DNA of 64,000 nt. Source: Hydrurus foetidus. Its lineage: Eukaryota. The notes under the pieces are model-generated. The model saw only the letters and a list, made by a program, of their open reading frames with translations, was not told the DNA's origin and searched no databases. Where the stretch lies: assembly GCA_900617105.1 (NCBI GenBank), contig UYFQ01000032.1, forward strand, positions 620,001-684,000, in the 5' to 3' direction. Position 1 is the first letter of the stretch. Every line of letters starts with the position of its first letter. Shown in pieces: positions 40,610-54,546 of the stretch. A program made the position numbers and the translations under genes.

Positions 40610-42709
40610 ATGACTGTGCATGCATTCACCCCTCTGCGCCGAGAAGACCCGGCCCTGCTGACCGGCCAAGGCGTCTACACGAGCGATGTGCGCTTGCCAG
40701 GAATGCTGCATGCCGTGTTTGTTCGCGCTCAAGTCGCACAGGGCGTTTTGAACCCGATTGATGGCGCGGCCGCCCAGGCCATGCCTGGGGTGGTGGCCGT
40801 CTTAACGGGGCAGTCTCTGATTGCGTACTGGGGGGCCATGCCGTGCATGCCTGAACCCAATCCGCTGCTGCCTATCCTTACGCCCAAAAAATTTGGCGTG
40901 CTGGCGTATGAGCAGGTGTCTTATGTGGGGCAGCCCGTGGCGCTGGTGGTCGCTCAAACCCAGACTCAGGCACTGGCCGCTGCACAAGCAGTGGTGATGG
41001 TGGTCGATGCCATCACCAGTGAAGAGGACGCCGTTGCAATGACCCATGTGACACACCAATGCGGCCCCATGAACAGCGCGGCAGATTCAGCCCATCAGGT
41101 TAGCGTTGACTTGACCGTACCACGCATTTTGGCCATGGCCATGGAGCCGCGTGGCATGGTTGCCCAGTGGGCAGAAGACAGAATGACCCTGTGGTTGGGA
41201 ACGCAAACCCCCTCACGCGCACAAGCTGATATTGCTGCCACCTTAGCGTTGCCGTTGAACCAAGTGCGCATTATTGCGGGCGATGTGGGAGGGGCGTTTG
41301 GTGCTAAGTCCTCTCTGTGCCCGGAAGACTTGGTTCTGGCACTGGCGGCCAAACAACTTCATGCGGCGGTGCGCTGGTTGTCCACACGTTCGGATGAATT
41401 TACCTCCGGCATGCATGGTCGTGGTGCACAACTGACGGGTACTTTGTCGGTGGCGGCCGATGGGCAACTCCAGTTGCTCAAAGCACAAATGCAGTTTGAT
41501 CTGGGTGCCTGGTGTCCCTTCTCGGCAGTCGTGCCCTTACGCAATGCCGCTCGCATTCTGCCGGGCCCCTACCAAGTGCGCACACTGGACGTACAAGGCA
41601 GTGCATACCCATCTCACAGGGCACCTGTCACCATTTACCGTGGCGCTGGCCGACCCGAAGCCGCTTTATTGATGGAAACCTTGATGGACAAAGCGGCGCG
41701 TGCGCTTGCCATGGATCCCGTCAATTTGCGCCTTCGCAATCTGATTCCCACATCGGCCATGCCCTACAGCACGCCTACAGGCGAGCTGCTGGACAGTGGT
41801 GACTACTTGAAGGCCTTGAACTTGGCGTGTGCGCAATTTGATTACCCCGCACAACGAATCGCGCAACGCCAACGCCGCGCGGCAGGCGAGGTCGTGGGCA
41901 TTGGCATCGGCATGTACATTGAACCCTGCGGCATGGGCTGGGAGTCCGCCCAGGTGGAGTTGCATGCCGACGGCCGCGCCACGGTGGCTTCTGGCTCGCC
42001 TGCGCAGGGACAGGGCCATGCCACCACCTATGCCAACATTGCGGCAAAGGCGCTGGGCATTGATGCGCACCGTGTCACCGTGTTAATGGGCGACACCGCG
42101 CTGTGCCCACCGGGTGTGGGCGCGCTGGCCAGTCGCAGCACGGCGATCGCAGGCAGCGCCATCGTACAGGCCTGCCATGACCTACAAGCTCGTCAGCAGG
42201 CGGGCGAAGCCTTGCCTTTGCGCGTAACGCTACGCTATGAGGCCGCCGAAGCCTGGAGCTATGGCTGCGTCATCGCCCGCATGGCCATACACCGCGATAC
42301 CGGTCAACCCCACATTGAGCAGATCGTCTGGGCAGACGATGCAGGTCAGATTATTCACCCCGAGCTGGCCAAAGGGCAATTGATCGGTGGCCTCGCACAA
42401 GGTCTAGGCCAAGCGATGTTGGAGCAACTGCGCTATGACAACACGGGACAGTTGATCACGGGTTCACTGATGGACTATGCCGTCCCTCGCGCGGACGACA
42501 TCCCCCCCCTGTCCATCACCAGCTTCAGTACACCCAGTCCGCACAACCTGCTGGGTGCCAAAGGCGTTGGCGAAGCCGGCTGCATAGGCGTACCTGCCGC
42601 ACTGATGAACGCAGCACGTGACGCACTCTCGCCATTGGGTGAATGCGATTTGCAATTCCCACTCACAGCAGAACAGCTCTGGCGCGCCATGCACGACCAA
42701 AGCCATTGA
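40610..42709 (+). CDS. Xanthine dehydrogenase-family Mo-hydroxylase large subunit (CoxL-like)
   Basis: RREDPALLTG, VGGAFGAK, YRGAGRPEA, QGQGH, KGVGEAG. Confidence 0.9.
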   Translation: MTVHAFTPLRREDPALLTGQGVYTSDVRLPGMLHAVFVRAQVAQGVLNPIDGAAAQAMPGVVAVLTGQSLIAYWGAMPCMPEPNPLLPILTPKKFGVLAYEQVSYVGQPVALVVAQTQTQALAAAQAVVMVVDAITSEEDAVAMTHVTHQCGPMNSAADSAHQVSVDLTVPRILAMAMEPRGMVAQWAEDRMTLWLGTQTPSRAQADIAATLALPLNQVRIIAGDVGGAFGAKSSLCPEDLVLALAAKQLHAAVRWLSTRSDEFTSGMHGRGAQLTGTLSVAADGQLQLLKAQMQFDLGAWCPFSAVVPLRNAARILPGPYQVRTLDVQGSAYPSHRAPVTIYRGAGRPEAALLMETLMDKAARALAMDPVNLRLRNLIPTSAMPYSTPTGELLDSGDYLKALNLACAQFDYPAQRIAQRQRRAAGEVVGIGIGMYIEPCGMGWESAQVELHADGRATVASGSPAQGQGHATTYANIAAKALGIDAHRVTVLMGDTALCPPGVGALASRSTAIAGSAIVQACHDLQARQQAGEALPLRVTLRYEAAEAWSYGCVIARMAIHRDTGQPHIEQIVWADDAGQIIHPELAKGQLIGGLAQGLGQAMLEQLRYDNTGQLITGSLMDYAVPRADDIPPLSITSFSTPSPHNLLGAKGVGEAGCIGVPAALMNAARDALSPLGECDLQFPLTAEQLWRAMHDQSH

Positions 42710-42738
42710 CACACCACCCACTTTAAATAAGGACTTTC

Positions 42739-43719
42739 ATGGACTACAAAAAATCAGACGCCAAAGCTTATGCCCTCGAAAAATTTGTCGGCGTGTGGGC
42801 CGCCAATCTCACCCCCTTTGATTCAGCGCTGAAGATAGATGAAAAAGCCTACAGCGAGAACCTCAACCATTGGGTAAGTGAACTCAATTTGAGTGGTCTG
42901 TTCATCGCAGGCAAACAAGCTGAATTTTTCTCAATGTCTGTGTCTGAGCGCAAGCGTTTGATAGAACTTTCTGTCCAAGCTGCACAGGATGCAGGCACAA
43001 GAGGCGGCATAGGCCGCTGCGGCATTGTTACCTCATGCTCAGACACCAACCTGGATGTGGTACTGGATTTAGCCCGTCATTCACAAAACGTAGGCGCAGA
43101 CTACATCGTGGTGCACAGCCCGGTATTGCACTTTGGGGCTGACACAGACGAAACCATTTTCGAGTACTACCGCTACTTGACCGAGCAGCTCGACATTGGC
43201 ATCGCCATGTGGAATCACCCTGACTGTGGCTACACCATGAGCCCGGAGTTGTGCAACCGCATTGCCGACTTGCCAAGCATTGTGGCCATCAAATACAGCA
43301 CCGACCGCGAACGCTACAAGCGACTGACAGAAATGGCGGGGCACAAGATCCAGGTGAGCAACCCGTCCGAAGAGGAATGGTTGGACAACATCATTGAGTT
43401 GAACTGGAAGCTCTACCTTTGCTCTACCCCCCCGTTCATGTTGCAAACCAAGGTGGATCAGCGGGTGAACGAGTACACCCGCCTGGCCTTTGAGGGCAAA
43501 CATGCGCAAGCACGCCAAGTGCGTGACAGCTTGGAGCCAGTTCGAGCCGCCATCCGTGCCAGCAAGCCCATCGGTAAACCCCAAGCCCATGGCAAGGCTT
43601 GGCAAGATGCCATTGGTCAGCATGGTGGTTCAGTGCGTCGTCCTTTGATCAACATGTCTGCTGAAGAAGTGGGTGCTGTCAAGCAGGCGGTTGCCAATTC
43701 TGGTTTACGCTTGGCGTGA
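42739..43719 (+). CDS. DapA/NAL-superfamily aldolase (probably not a true DapA)
   Basis: LTPF, GKQAEF in place of GTTGE, IAMWN in place of the Tyr motif, IVAIKYS Schiff-base Lys. Confidence 0.82.
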   Translation: MDYKKSDAKAYALEKFVGVWAANLTPFDSALKIDEKAYSENLNHWVSELNLSGLFIAGKQAEFFSMSVSERKRLIELSVQAAQDAGTRGGIGRCGIVTSCSDTNLDVVLDLARHSQNVGADYIVVHSPVLHFGADTDETIFEYYRYLTEQLDIGIAMWNHPDCGYTMSPELCNRIADLPSIVAIKYSTDRERYKRLTEMAGHKIQVSNPSEEEWLDNIIELNWKLYLCSTPPFMLQTKVDQRVNEYTRLAFEGKHAQARQVRDSLEPVRAAIRASKPIGKPQAHGKAWQDAIGQHGGSVRRPLINMSAEEVGAVKQAVANSGLRLA

Positions 43720-43743
43720 CATTGACGAGCATTCGGTGTCACC

Positions 43744-44237
43744 ATGCCTTGTAACCTGAGCCTCAACGTCAACGGCCAACCCCGTGTCGCGCAGATAGAA
43801 GTCAATGTGCTTCTGGTGGATCTGCTGCGCGAGCACTTCGGTTTGCGCGGTACCCACCAAGGCTGCGATACGGCTCAATGTGGCGCATGCACTGTGCTGG
43901 TAGACGAGCATGCCATCAAGTCCTGCAATGTGCTGGCCGTACAAGTGAACGGACAGCACATACGTACCATTGAAGACTTGGCTGAAAGCGATGGCACGTT
44001 GCACGTGATGCAACAAGTCTTCAGCAATCACCATGCACTGCAATGTGGTTTTTGCACACCAGGATTCGTGATGCGTGCTGTGGCCATGTCAAACGAGCGC
44101 AAAGACAACCCAACACCGGCCACCCCCGAACAAGTACGCCACGCTTTGGGGGGCAACCTCTGCCGGTGTACGGGCTATGAAGGCATTGTCAATGCCGTAT
44201 GCGAAGGCTTGCAACGGATGCGCGAAAAGGCATCCGA

Positions 44238-44241
<4 letters not shown>
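43744..44241 (+). CDS. Mo-hydroxylase 2Fe-2S small subunit (CoxS-like)
   Basis: GCDTAQCGACTV, QCGFCTPG, NLCRCTGY. Confidence 0.93.
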
Positions 44242-46326
<2,085 letters not shown>

Positions 46327-46347
46327 GTTAGCTTGAAAGGTGCCCCC

Positions 46348-47166
46348 ATGCCACATGCCCTGAAAATAGCCTTGGTGGGCTTTGGAGCCATCGGGCAGGA
46401 GGTTGCGCGACAGTTGCGTGATGATGCTCACATCAGAATTACCCAGTTAGTGATTCCGTCCCGTTCACAGGCTCGACTGCAAGAGCAATGCCATTTGTTG
46501 GCACCTTGGGCACAGACCGTGTCTGCTGTGGACATTTCACCTGTGCATCGCCCCGATATGGTGGTTGAATGTGCCGGGCATTCTGCGGTGGACGAGCATG
46601 TCATTCCGGCACTGCGAGCGGGGGTACCCTGCGCCATAGCGTCTGTCGGTGCCTTGCATAACGCAACATGCCACGCACGATTGACAGCGGCTGCGCAGGC
46701 AGGGCACACGCAAGTTCAGTTAATTTCTGGCGCAGTTGCTGCCATTGACGCGTTGAGTGCGGCAAAGCTGGGTGGGCTGAATGCGGTGACCTACGTGGGT
46801 CGCAAACCTCCGCTAAGCTGGTTGGGTACACCCGCTGAGCAAATGTGTAATCTCAACACCTTGACAGAGCCCCGTGTGGTGTTTTTGGGCAGTGCCCGTG
46901 AGGCGGCTCAGGCTTTCCCCAAAAACGCCAACGTGGCTGCCACGGTATCGCTTGCGGGGATGGGGATGGATGCCACCCAAGTCAAGCTGATTGCCGACCC
47001 CGATGTAAAGAACAACATCCACCAAGTGATCGCCCACGGGGCCTTTGGCAAGCTAGATATGACGATAGAGAACTTTGCGCTAACGGCCAACCCCAAAACC
47101 TCTGCGTTGACGGTCTACAGCTTGCTGCGGGCGATTCGCAATGCGGCGGCACCTGTCGTTATCTAA
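46348..47166 (+). CDS. nadX: L-aspartate dehydrogenase family protein
   Basis: GFGAIG, VECAGH, SVGAL, GRKPP, FPKNANVAA, NPKTSAL. Confidence 0.88.
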   Translation: MPHALKIALVGFGAIGQEVARQLRDDAHIRITQLVIPSRSQARLQEQCHLLAPWAQTVSAVDISPVHRPDMVVECAGHSAVDEHVIPALRAGVPCAIASVGALHNATCHARLTAAAQAGHTQVQLISGAVAAIDALSAAKLGGLNAVTYVGRKPPLSWLGTPAEQMCNLNTLTEPRVVFLGSAREAAQAFPKNANVAATVSLAGMGMDATQVKLIADPDVKNNIHQVIAHGAFGKLDMTIENFALTANPKTSALTVYSLLRAIRNAAAPVVI

Positions 47167-48037
47167 CTCGCCGCCCATCGTCCGTTGACAAGGCTTGCAG
47201 TGTGTGTACAGGCACCACCACGCGCCCGCCATCATCCGCAATGGCTTCGATGGAGATCACCGGTGGCGAGGCCTGCACACCGCCAAAAATGGTCGCGAAT
47301 GCGGCATCGGCGGCATCGCGGCCTGTGGCGAAACGCACAAACCCCATGGGAATGGCGGTGCCTGACGGGTCAAACATGAACCACCGGTCGCCCAAAAAGA
47401 CTTCGGCGTAGGCGTGGAAATCGGTGGGGCCCAAAGCTGGGTCTGCGCCGTAGTCAATGCCGGTGGCGAAGCGGGCGGGGATGTTGACGGCGCGGCACAG
47501 GGCGATCATCAAGTGGGCGAAATCGCGACACACACCCACCTCTTCAATCAACGTGTCTACCGCCGAGGTGCTGCCGTTGGTGCTGTTGGGCGTGAATTTA
47601 ACGTGGGCCTGCACCCAATCTCGGATCGCCAATACGCGGCTGTAGCCCTGCCACAGGTTACCAAACTCATGCACCGCAAATTTATGCAGACGGTCGGACT
47701 GGCAATAGCGGCTGGGGTAGAGGTAAGGCAGCACCGCGCCGGGCAGCTTACTGATCCACACCTCGCCCAACTGGTCGGGCGACACGCTGTGGTGGGTGAT
47801 GTCCACCGTGGCCTCGTAGCAAACTTGCAGCGGGCCAGCGAAGGCCTTCAGGCGCAAAAAGCGGGTGTCGGTCGCCGCGTCAAGGTACATATCGGGCAGC
47901 AGCTGCTGGCTGATGTGTAGATTCTCAGACTTCACCACCTGCTGCGGGGTTCGGGCGGCGTGGATGTTAAAGACAAAATCACTCCCCGATGCTGCAATCT
48001 GGTAATGCAGTGCTATAGAAAAGTGAAGTCTGACCAA
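47159..48037 (-). CDS. Transglutaminase-like protein
   Basis: YLYPSRYCQSD, GVCRDFAH, DFHAYAEV, FDP; probable TTG start. Confidence 0.9.
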   Translation of the reverse strand: MVRLHFSIALHYQIAASGSDFVFNIHAARTPQQVVKSENLHISQQLLPDMYLDAATDTRFLRLKAFAGPLQVCYEATVDITHHSVSPDQLGEVWISKLPGAVLPYLYPSRYCQSDRLHKFAVHEFGNLWQGYSRVLAIRDWVQAHVKFTPNSTNGSTSAVDTLIEEVGVCRDFAHLMIALCRAVNIPARFATGIDYGADPALGPTDFHAYAEVFLGDRWFMFDPSGTAIPMGFVRFATGRDAADAAFATIFGGVQASPPVISIEAIADDGGRVVVPVHTLQALSTDDGRRVR

Positions 48038-48303
48038 GGGAGGCTTTCGGAGGCTGTCGGAGACTGCCAGTAGGGGGCGGAGAAGCACAAGGGATGCCAA
48101 GGCACAGGCCATTGTGGGGCCATGCAGGCGGCGCTGCACGCCAAATGCGCATGGATCATTGTTTTATCCGATTAACCCCGTGTGCAACACGCCTAAACAG
48201 AGGGATATCGCGCAAACAACGGCCAATGCTTATCATGGGTAAACTGACCGGTTAACGCCTTGTTCAACCCCTTGCCCACCCCAACACCTACTGAGGATTT
48301 CCC

Positions 48304-49236
48304 ATGAGCCAAGATAAATTTCGACTCGTTACCCGCAGCGATTTCGACGGGCTGGTGTGCGCAGTGCTGTTGACCGAGCTGAACATGATTGATGACATCA
48401 CGTTTGTCCACCCCAAAGACATGCAGGATGGCAAAATCGCGATCACCAGCCGAGACATCACCACCAACTTGCCTTACGTGGCTACCGCACATCTGGCGTT
48501 TGACCACCACGAGTCCGAGACGATTCGCAACACCGGCGAGAACAAAAACCACATCATCTTGGCCGATGCACCGTCGGCCGCGCGTGTGGTGTACGACTAC
48601 TACGGTGGCAAAGCCGCCTTCCCTCGCATCACCGATGCCATGATGGAGGCCGTTGACAAGGCTGATTCAGCCCAGTTCAGCCGGGACGAAATTTTGACCC
48701 CCACCGACTGGCCGCTTCTGAACTACCTGATGGATTCACGCACCGGCTTAGGCCGCTTCCGCGAGTTCCGCATCAGCAACTATGCGCTGATGATGGACTT
48801 GATCAAATACTGCGCCAACCAGAGCATCAGCGATATTTTGGCGCTGCCGGATGTGAAAGAGCGCGTAGACATCTACTTTGGCCACGCCGAAAAAGCAAAA
48901 GAACAGCTGCTGCGCTGCACCACGGTGCATGGCAACTTGGCCGTGCTCGATTTACGTTACGAGGAAACCATCTGGGCCACCAACCGCTTCATGATCTACG
49001 CGCTGTTCCCACAGACGAACATCTCTATCCACGTGCTGTGGGGCGTGCAAAAGCAAAACACAGTGTTTGCCACGGGAAAATCCATCCTTGACCGCAGCAA
49101 CATGAGCAACATTGGCGAGCTGATGCTGTCTTATGGCGGCGGCGGCCACCATGCAGCCGGCACCTGCCAAGTGGAGAACGACAAGGCTACGGAGGTGCTG
49201 GCCGAGTTGATTGCCAAGATCAACAAAATCGGCTGA
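48304..49236 (+). CDS. DHH-family phosphoesterase (exopolyphosphatase-like)
   Basis: TRSDFDG, FDHH, GGGGH. Confidence 0.82.
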   Translation: MSQDKFRLVTRSDFDGLVCAVLLTELNMIDDITFVHPKDMQDGKIAITSRDITTNLPYVATAHLAFDHHESETIRNTGENKNHIILADAPSAARVVYDYYGGKAAFPRITDAMMEAVDKADSAQFSRDEILTPTDWPLLNYLMDSRTGLGRFREFRISNYALMMDLIKYCANQSISDILALPDVKERVDIYFGHAEKAKEQLLRCTTVHGNLAVLDLRYEETIWATNRFMIYALFPQTNISIHVLWGVQKQNTVFATGKSILDRSNMSNIGELMLSYGGGGHHAAGTCQVENDKATEVLAELIAKINKIG

Positions 49237-49339
49237 CACGCCTGTCGCCTGATGTCGCTAAGGCGGCTAACTTGGCGTTTTGCCGACTGACAGCTGCCCT
49301 GTTTTACGCAAAAATGCAACTCCCATTAGGAGAGTTTGC

Positions 49340-51640
49340 ATGCTTGGTTCGCACACCTTAGAAACCGTAGAAAGCCCCGTCACCACAGCACCCACGGTGA
49401 CGACAGCCCACCGCATCTGCCCATTGTGCGAGGCCTGCTGCGGCCTTGAAATCAAGCACAGCGCGGGCCAGGTCATCAGCATCCGTGGCCACGCAGCAGA
49501 TGTGTTCAGCCACGGCTATATCTGCCCTAAGGGCGCATCGCTCAAAGACCTGCACGAAGACCCTGACCGACTGCGCACGCCGCTCATCAAGCGCAACGGC
49601 CAGTTTGTTGAGGCCACCTGGGACGAGGCGTTTGCTGAAATCGCGCTGCGCTTACCCCCGTTGATCGCCACCCACGGGCGCGATACCGTGGCGACCAGCA
49701 TCGGCAACCCCGCTGCCCACAAAATGGGCTTGATGATGTACTTTGCTCGGCTGATGAAAGGCTTGGGCACGCGCAACATGTATTCCGCCTCCACGCTCGA
49801 CCAAATGCCCAAGCAGCTGCAAGCTGGCCTGATGTTCGGCCACTGGCTGAGCATCCCGGTGCCCGATATTGAGCGTACCGATTTCATGCTGATCCTGGGC
49901 GCAAACCCGATGGTGTCGAACGGCAGCCTGTGGACAGTGCCCGACTTTCGCGGCAAAGCCAAAGCCCTGCGGGCACGTGGTGGCCGCATGGTGGTGATCG
50001 ACCCCCGGCGCAGTGAAACCGCCGCCGTGGCCGACCAGCACCTGTTCATCCAACCCGGCAGCGATGTGTTTTTGCTCTTGGGCATGGTGAACACGCTGTT
50101 TGACGAAAACCTGGTGCGCCTGGGCGTGGTGGCAGCGCATGTCAACGGGCTGGATGAGGTAGAACAAGCCGTCAAAGCCTTCAGCCCCGAAGCGATGGCC
50201 CTGCGCTGCGGCATCGCGGCCACCGAGATCCGCGCCCTCACCCGCGAACTCGCCACCACCCCACGCGCCGTGGTTTATGGCCGTATCGGCACCTGCACGC
50301 AAACCTACGGCACACTGGCGAGCTGGTTGATTGACGTGCTGAACATCCTCACCGGCCACCTGGACGTGGAAGGCGGGGCGATGTTTTCCAAAGCACCGGC
50401 ATTTGCGGCCAGCACAGCAGGCCCGGCGGGCAGTGGCCGAGGCATCGTCACGGGGCGACGCCACAGCCGGGTGTCCAACGCGCCCGAGGTGATGGGCGAG
50501 CTGCCTATGGTGTGCTTGGCCGAAGAGATCGTTACCCCAGGCGAGGGGCAAATCAAGGCGCTCATCACCATCGCGTCCAACCCGGTGTTGTCTTCCCCCA
50601 ACGGCGAACGCCTGTCCACCGCCTTTGAGCAGCTCGACTTCATGGTCAGCCTGGACATTTACTTGAATGAGACCACGCGCCACGCCGATGTCATCTTGCC
50701 CGGCTGCTCGCCACTGGAAGACATGCATTACGACATGGCCTTCCCCCAGTTTGCCTATCGCAATGCCGCCCGCTTCAGCGACCCGGTGCTGCCCCGCGCC
50801 GACAACCATCCACCGGAATGGCAGGTGCTGCTGCGCTTGCTGGCCATCGTGCGAGGCCAAGGGGCGAGCGTAGACGTGTTGCAGGACATCTTGCAACTGG
50901 ACGACGAACTGTTTGCCGACGACGTGCGCCGCACCGTAGGCCCAGAACATGCCGATGCCGTGCTGGCCCTGATGGGCAACGCCGCCAAAGGCACAGAGCG
51001 CTTGGTCGATTTGGCCTTGCGCACCGGCCCTTATGGCGACAAGTTCGGCCAGCAGCCCGAAGGCATCAACCTCGCCAAAGTGCGCGCTGCACCGGGCGGT
51101 ATCGACCTGGGGCAGCTGCAAGCCCGCATCCCCGAGATGCTGCGCACGCCTTCGGGCAAGATCGAGTTGGCGCCCGCCTCGCTTCTGGAAGACTTGAAAC
51201 GCCCAGCGGCTGAGCTGCTCCAACCCGTGGTGGATACGCCCCACGCCATGCGCATCATTGGACGGCGCCAAGTGCGCAGCGGCAACAGTTGGATGCACAA
51301 CCTGCCCATCCTCGCCAAAGGCCCGTTTCGCTGCACCGCGCTGGTTCACCCCAGCGACGCGCAACGCTTGGGGCTGCAAGACGGCGGGCAGGCCCACATC
51401 AGCAACACCTATGGCGCGTTGGAAGCACAGATTGAGATCAGCGACGAGGTGATGCCCGGTGTGGTCAGCCTGCCCCACGGCTGGGGCCACGGCTTGCCCG
51501 GAACCCGCATGGCAGTGGCGGCAGAGCGCCCCGGGGTGAATCTGAATGCCGTGCTCAACGACCGCGAATGGGATCCGCTGTCGGGCAATGCCGTGCTGAG
51601 TGGGGTTGGGGTGGAAGTACGGGCTGTGAGAATTGTTTAA
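49340..51640 (+). CDS. Molybdopterin (bis-PGD) oxidoreductase with N-terminal 4Fe-4S motif
   Basis: [46 protein letters not shown]. Confidence 0.9.
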   Translation: MLGSHTLETVESPVTTAPTVTTAHRICPLCEACCGLEIKHSAGQVISIRGHAADVFSHGYICPKGASLKDLHEDPDRLRTPLIKRNGQFVEATWDEAFAEIALRLPPLIATHGRDTVATSIGNPAAHKMGLMMYFARLMKGLGTRNMYSASTLDQMPKQLQAGLMFGHWLSIPVPDIERTDFMLILGANPMVSNGSLWTVPDFRGKAKALRARGGRMVVIDPRRSETAAVADQHLFIQPGSDVFLLLGMVNTLFDENLVRLGVVAAHVNGLDEVEQAVKAFSPEAMALRCGIAATEIRALTRELATTPRAVVYGRIGTCTQTYGTLASWLIDVLNILTGHLDVEGGAMFSKAPAFAASTAGPAGSGRGIVTGRRHSRVSNAPEVMGELPMVCLAEEIVTPGEGQIKALITIASNPVLSSPNGERLSTAFEQLDFMVSLDIYLNETTRHADVILPGCSPLEDMHYDMAFPQFAYRNAARFSDPVLPRADNHPPEWQVLLRLLAIVRGQGASVDVLQDILQLDDELFADDVRRTVGPEHADAVLALMGNAAKGTERLVDLALRTGPYGDKFGQQPEGINLAKVRAAPGGIDLGQLQARIPEMLRTPSGKIELAPASLLEDLKRPAAELLQPVVDTPHAMRIIGRRQVRSGNSWMHNLPILAKGPFRCTALVHPSDAQRLGLQDGGQAHISNTYGALEAQIEISDEVMPGVVSLPHGWGHGLPGTRMAVAAERPGVNLNAVLNDREWDPLSGNAVLSGVGVEVRAVRIV

Positions 51641-52320
51641 GCCGGCAAAAAGCCCTCAATCGACAAATAGCGCTCGCCCGTGTCGTAGTTGAAGCCCAGC
51701 ACCCGCGCACCGGCAGGCAAATCGGGCAGCTTTTGAGCGATCGCGGCCAGCGTGGCACCAGACGAAATGCCGACCAAAATGCCCTCTTCACGGGCGCAAC
51801 GGCGGGCCATCTCGCGGGCGGGTTCAGCATCAACCTGAATCACACCGTCAAGCACGCTGGTATCGAGGTTTTGAGGGATAAAGCCCGCGCCAATGCCCTG
51901 AATAGGGTGCGGCGCTGGCTGACCACCCGAGATCACAGGTGAGGCGGTGGGTTCCACTGCGAAAACTTTCAGCTGAGGCCATGCGGCCTTCAAGACCCTG
52001 GCGCAGCCGGTAAGGTGGCCGCCGGTGCCGACACCGGTAATCAGCGCGTCCAAGCCTTCAGGGAAATCCGCCAAAATTTCTTGCGCCGTGGTGCGCACAT
52101 GCACGTCGATGTTGGCGGGGTTTTCAAACTGCTGGGGCATCCATGCGTTCGGTGTTGCAGCGACCAGCTCTTGGGCGCGGGCGATAGAACCTTTCATGCC
52201 TTTTTCACGCGGCGTTAAATCGAAGCTCGCACCATAGGCCAGCATCAGGCGGCGACGCTCGACGGACATGCTGTCGGGCATCACCAAAATCAGCTTGTAG
52301 CCTTTGACAGCCGCCACCAC

Positions 52321-52358
<38 letters not shown>

Positions 52359-52554
52359 TGATGGTGCCGCCGGGTTGCAGCGCGCCGGATTTTTCAGCGT
52401 CTTCCACCATCGCCAAAGCGATGCGGTCCTTGATGGAGCCACCGGGGTTAGAGCGCTCTGATTTGACCCAAACCTTGGCCTGCGGGCCAAACAAGCGGTT
52501 GATGCGGACGTGAGGCGTGTTGCCAATGGTGTCAAGAATCGAGGCTGCTTTCAT
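51637..52554 (-). CDS. cysK: Cysteine synthase A
   Basis: [31 protein letters not shown]. Confidence 0.93.
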
Positions 52555-52608
52555 GGGAACTCCAGAATGAGGTTACGCCGGAATCAGCGTAGCCATCATT
52601 CTGGCCCA

Positions 52609-52842
52609 TCAATGGGCAGCGCTGAGAGAGGTCAAACCTTCTACCGATTTTTTAACGCACGAATGGGGAATCCAAGGGCGGTCAAGTGGGCGGTATTTGT
52701 GGTGCTGCAAGCTGCGCAAATCGGTAGAGCGGTACATGGCACGCAGCACGGCCTCAGGTTCCATCATCAACCGAAAGGGGTTGTCTTGCAGGGTGGTTAT
52801 GGGGGCCAGGGTAGGCTCAACGATGAGGGTTGTGGTTTGCAT
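52609..52842 (-). CDS. Small hypothetical protein (77 aa)
   Basis: AAGGAG RBS then ATG; NPFRLMMEPEAVLRAM..RPLDRP. Confidence 0.6.
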   Translation of the reverse strand: MQTTTLIVEPTLAPITTLQDNPFRLMMEPEAVLRAMYRSTDLRSLQHHKYRPLDRPWIPHSCVKKSVEGLTSLSAAH

Positions 52843-53038
52843 AGTGGTCACTCCTTGGGGAAAACGGGTATCGATGGGTTGAATGTAGACCCTCACCCTC
52901 AAAGACTGAAGTCGGCAAAACGATGTGCCGCGCGTAAGAAGTTCACCGACGCGAGGTGCGTCAGACTGACACATCAGAGGGTGGAAGCCTTTTGCGACAT
53001 GTCCATTGCGCCTTGGAATGCCTTGCACCCAAGGCACG

Positions 53039-54370
53039 GAGGGTGTAAGAAGTTTTGTGTAAACGGTCTTTTGGCAGGAAACTGCCGTCTTGCATGGAGC
53101 AATGATGACCGTAGAACAGAAACCCTTACCCGCCGAACTGATAGACGCACTGCTGGCAGACTACAAAAAGCCTGAAGATTTGATTGGCCAGAACGGCATC
53201 CTCAAGCAACTCACCAAGGCCCTGGTAGAACGCGCACTGCAGGCCGAGCTGACAGAGCACCTGGGTCACAGCAAGAACCAATTGGTGGCCAACGAGGCAG
53301 GCAACACCCGCAACGGACGCAGCAAGAAGACCCTCAAGGGCGACTTTGGTGAACTGCCCATTGAAATCCCCCGTGACCGGGCGGGCACGTTCGAACCCCA
53401 AATCATCACCAAGCACCAGACCCGCTGGAGCGGCTTTGACGACAAGATACTGTCGCTCTACGCCCGGGGCATGACAGTGCGCGAAATTCAAAGCCACCTG
53501 CAGGAAATGTATGGCGCTGAAGTTTCACCCACCCTAATCTCCTCGGTGACCGATGCCGTCATGGATGAGGTCAAAACCTGGCAGGCTCGTCCATTGGACG
53601 CGCTGTACCCCATCGTTTACATGGACTGCATTCACGTCAAGGTGCGCGACAACGGCGCAGTACGGGTCAAGGCCCTGTACCTGGCCATTGGTGTCAACCT
53701 AGACGGCCTCAAGGAGGTGCTGGGCCTGTGGATGGCCCAGACGGAAGGTGCCAAGTTCTGGCTGCAAGTGGTGACCGAGTTGAAGAACCGTGGTGTGGCC
53801 GACATCTTCATTGCCTGTGTCGATGGCCTCAAGGGCTTCCCAGATGCGATTGAGGCCGTGTTCCCCAAGACTGCTGTGCAGCTCTGTTTGGTTCACATGG
53901 TGCGCCACAGCCTGAACTTCGTGGGCTGGAAACAGCGCAAGGAAGTGGCCGCCGATTTGCGCATGATCTACAGCGCCGCCACTGAGGACGAGGCCCTGCT
54001 GCGGCTGACGGAATTTGAGGGCAAATGGGATGCATCATTCGCCCCGATTGGTCAGTCCTGGCGGCGCAACTGGGCACGCCTGACGCCATTCTTTGACTAC
54101 CCGCCAGACATCCGCAAAGTGATTTACACGACCAATGCCATTGAATCGGTGAATATGAGCCTACGCAAAATCACGAAGACCCGCGGGTCATTTCCAACCG
54201 ATGACGCGGTATTCAAATTGTTCTATCTGGCACTGAACAACATCAGTCAGAAATGGACGATGCCGATTCGGGATTGGAAGGCCGCCCTGAATCGATTTAC
54301 CATTCAGTTTGACGAGCGTATGCCGCGCGTCTAACTTAATCGCCGTTTACACAAAATCCGGGACACCCTC
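53039..54370 (+). mobile_element. IS256-family insertion sequence (1332 bp)
   Basis: 28-bp terminal inverted repeats (22/28 match); 8-bp target duplication AAGGCACG at 53031-53038 and 54371-54378. Confidence 0.96.
53102..54334 (+). CDS. IS256-family transposase
   Basis: IPRDRAGTFEP, YMDCI, VDGLKGF, QLCLVH, YTTNAIES. Confidence 0.96.
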   Translation: MMTVEQKPLPAELIDALLADYKKPEDLIGQNGILKQLTKALVERALQAELTEHLGHSKNQLVANEAGNTRNGRSKKTLKGDFGELPIEIPRDRAGTFEPQIITKHQTRWSGFDDKILSLYARGMTVREIQSHLQEMYGAEVSPTLISSVTDAVMDEVKTWQARPLDALYPIVYMDCIHVKVRDNGAVRVKALYLAIGVNLDGLKEVLGLWMAQTEGAKFWLQVVTELKNRGVADIFIACVDGLKGFPDAIEAVFPKTAVQLCLVHMVRHSLNFVGWKQRKEVAADLRMIYSAATEDEALLRLTEFEGKWDASFAPIGQSWRRNWARLTPFFDYPPDIRKVIYTTNAIESVNMSLRKITKTRGSFPTDDAVFKLFYLALNNISQKWTMPIRDWKAALNRFTIQFDERMPRV

Positions 54371-54546
54371 AAGGCACGCTAAAGTACCCCTGAATGCGCA
54401 GTGGTTGCTTACAAACAAAACTTTGCATCGCTGGTTTGCACACTACTATGTAAGCAAGCGTTACAGCTTAAAAGCCCTCCCCTAAAGCTTTTTTCGTTCT
54501 AGTTACGCTGCTTGCACTTGGGGCTTGAAACTACCGAAAGTAACCA

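Noticed and set aside
42739..43719. dapA for lysine biosynthesis
   Set aside because: The GTTGE and catalytic Tyr motifs are replaced, and the context is catabolic
52843..53038. Riboswitch or ncRNA upstream of the 77-aa gene
   Set aside because: Only short possible stems and no recognisable aptamer consensus; an Rfam/Infernal search would be needed
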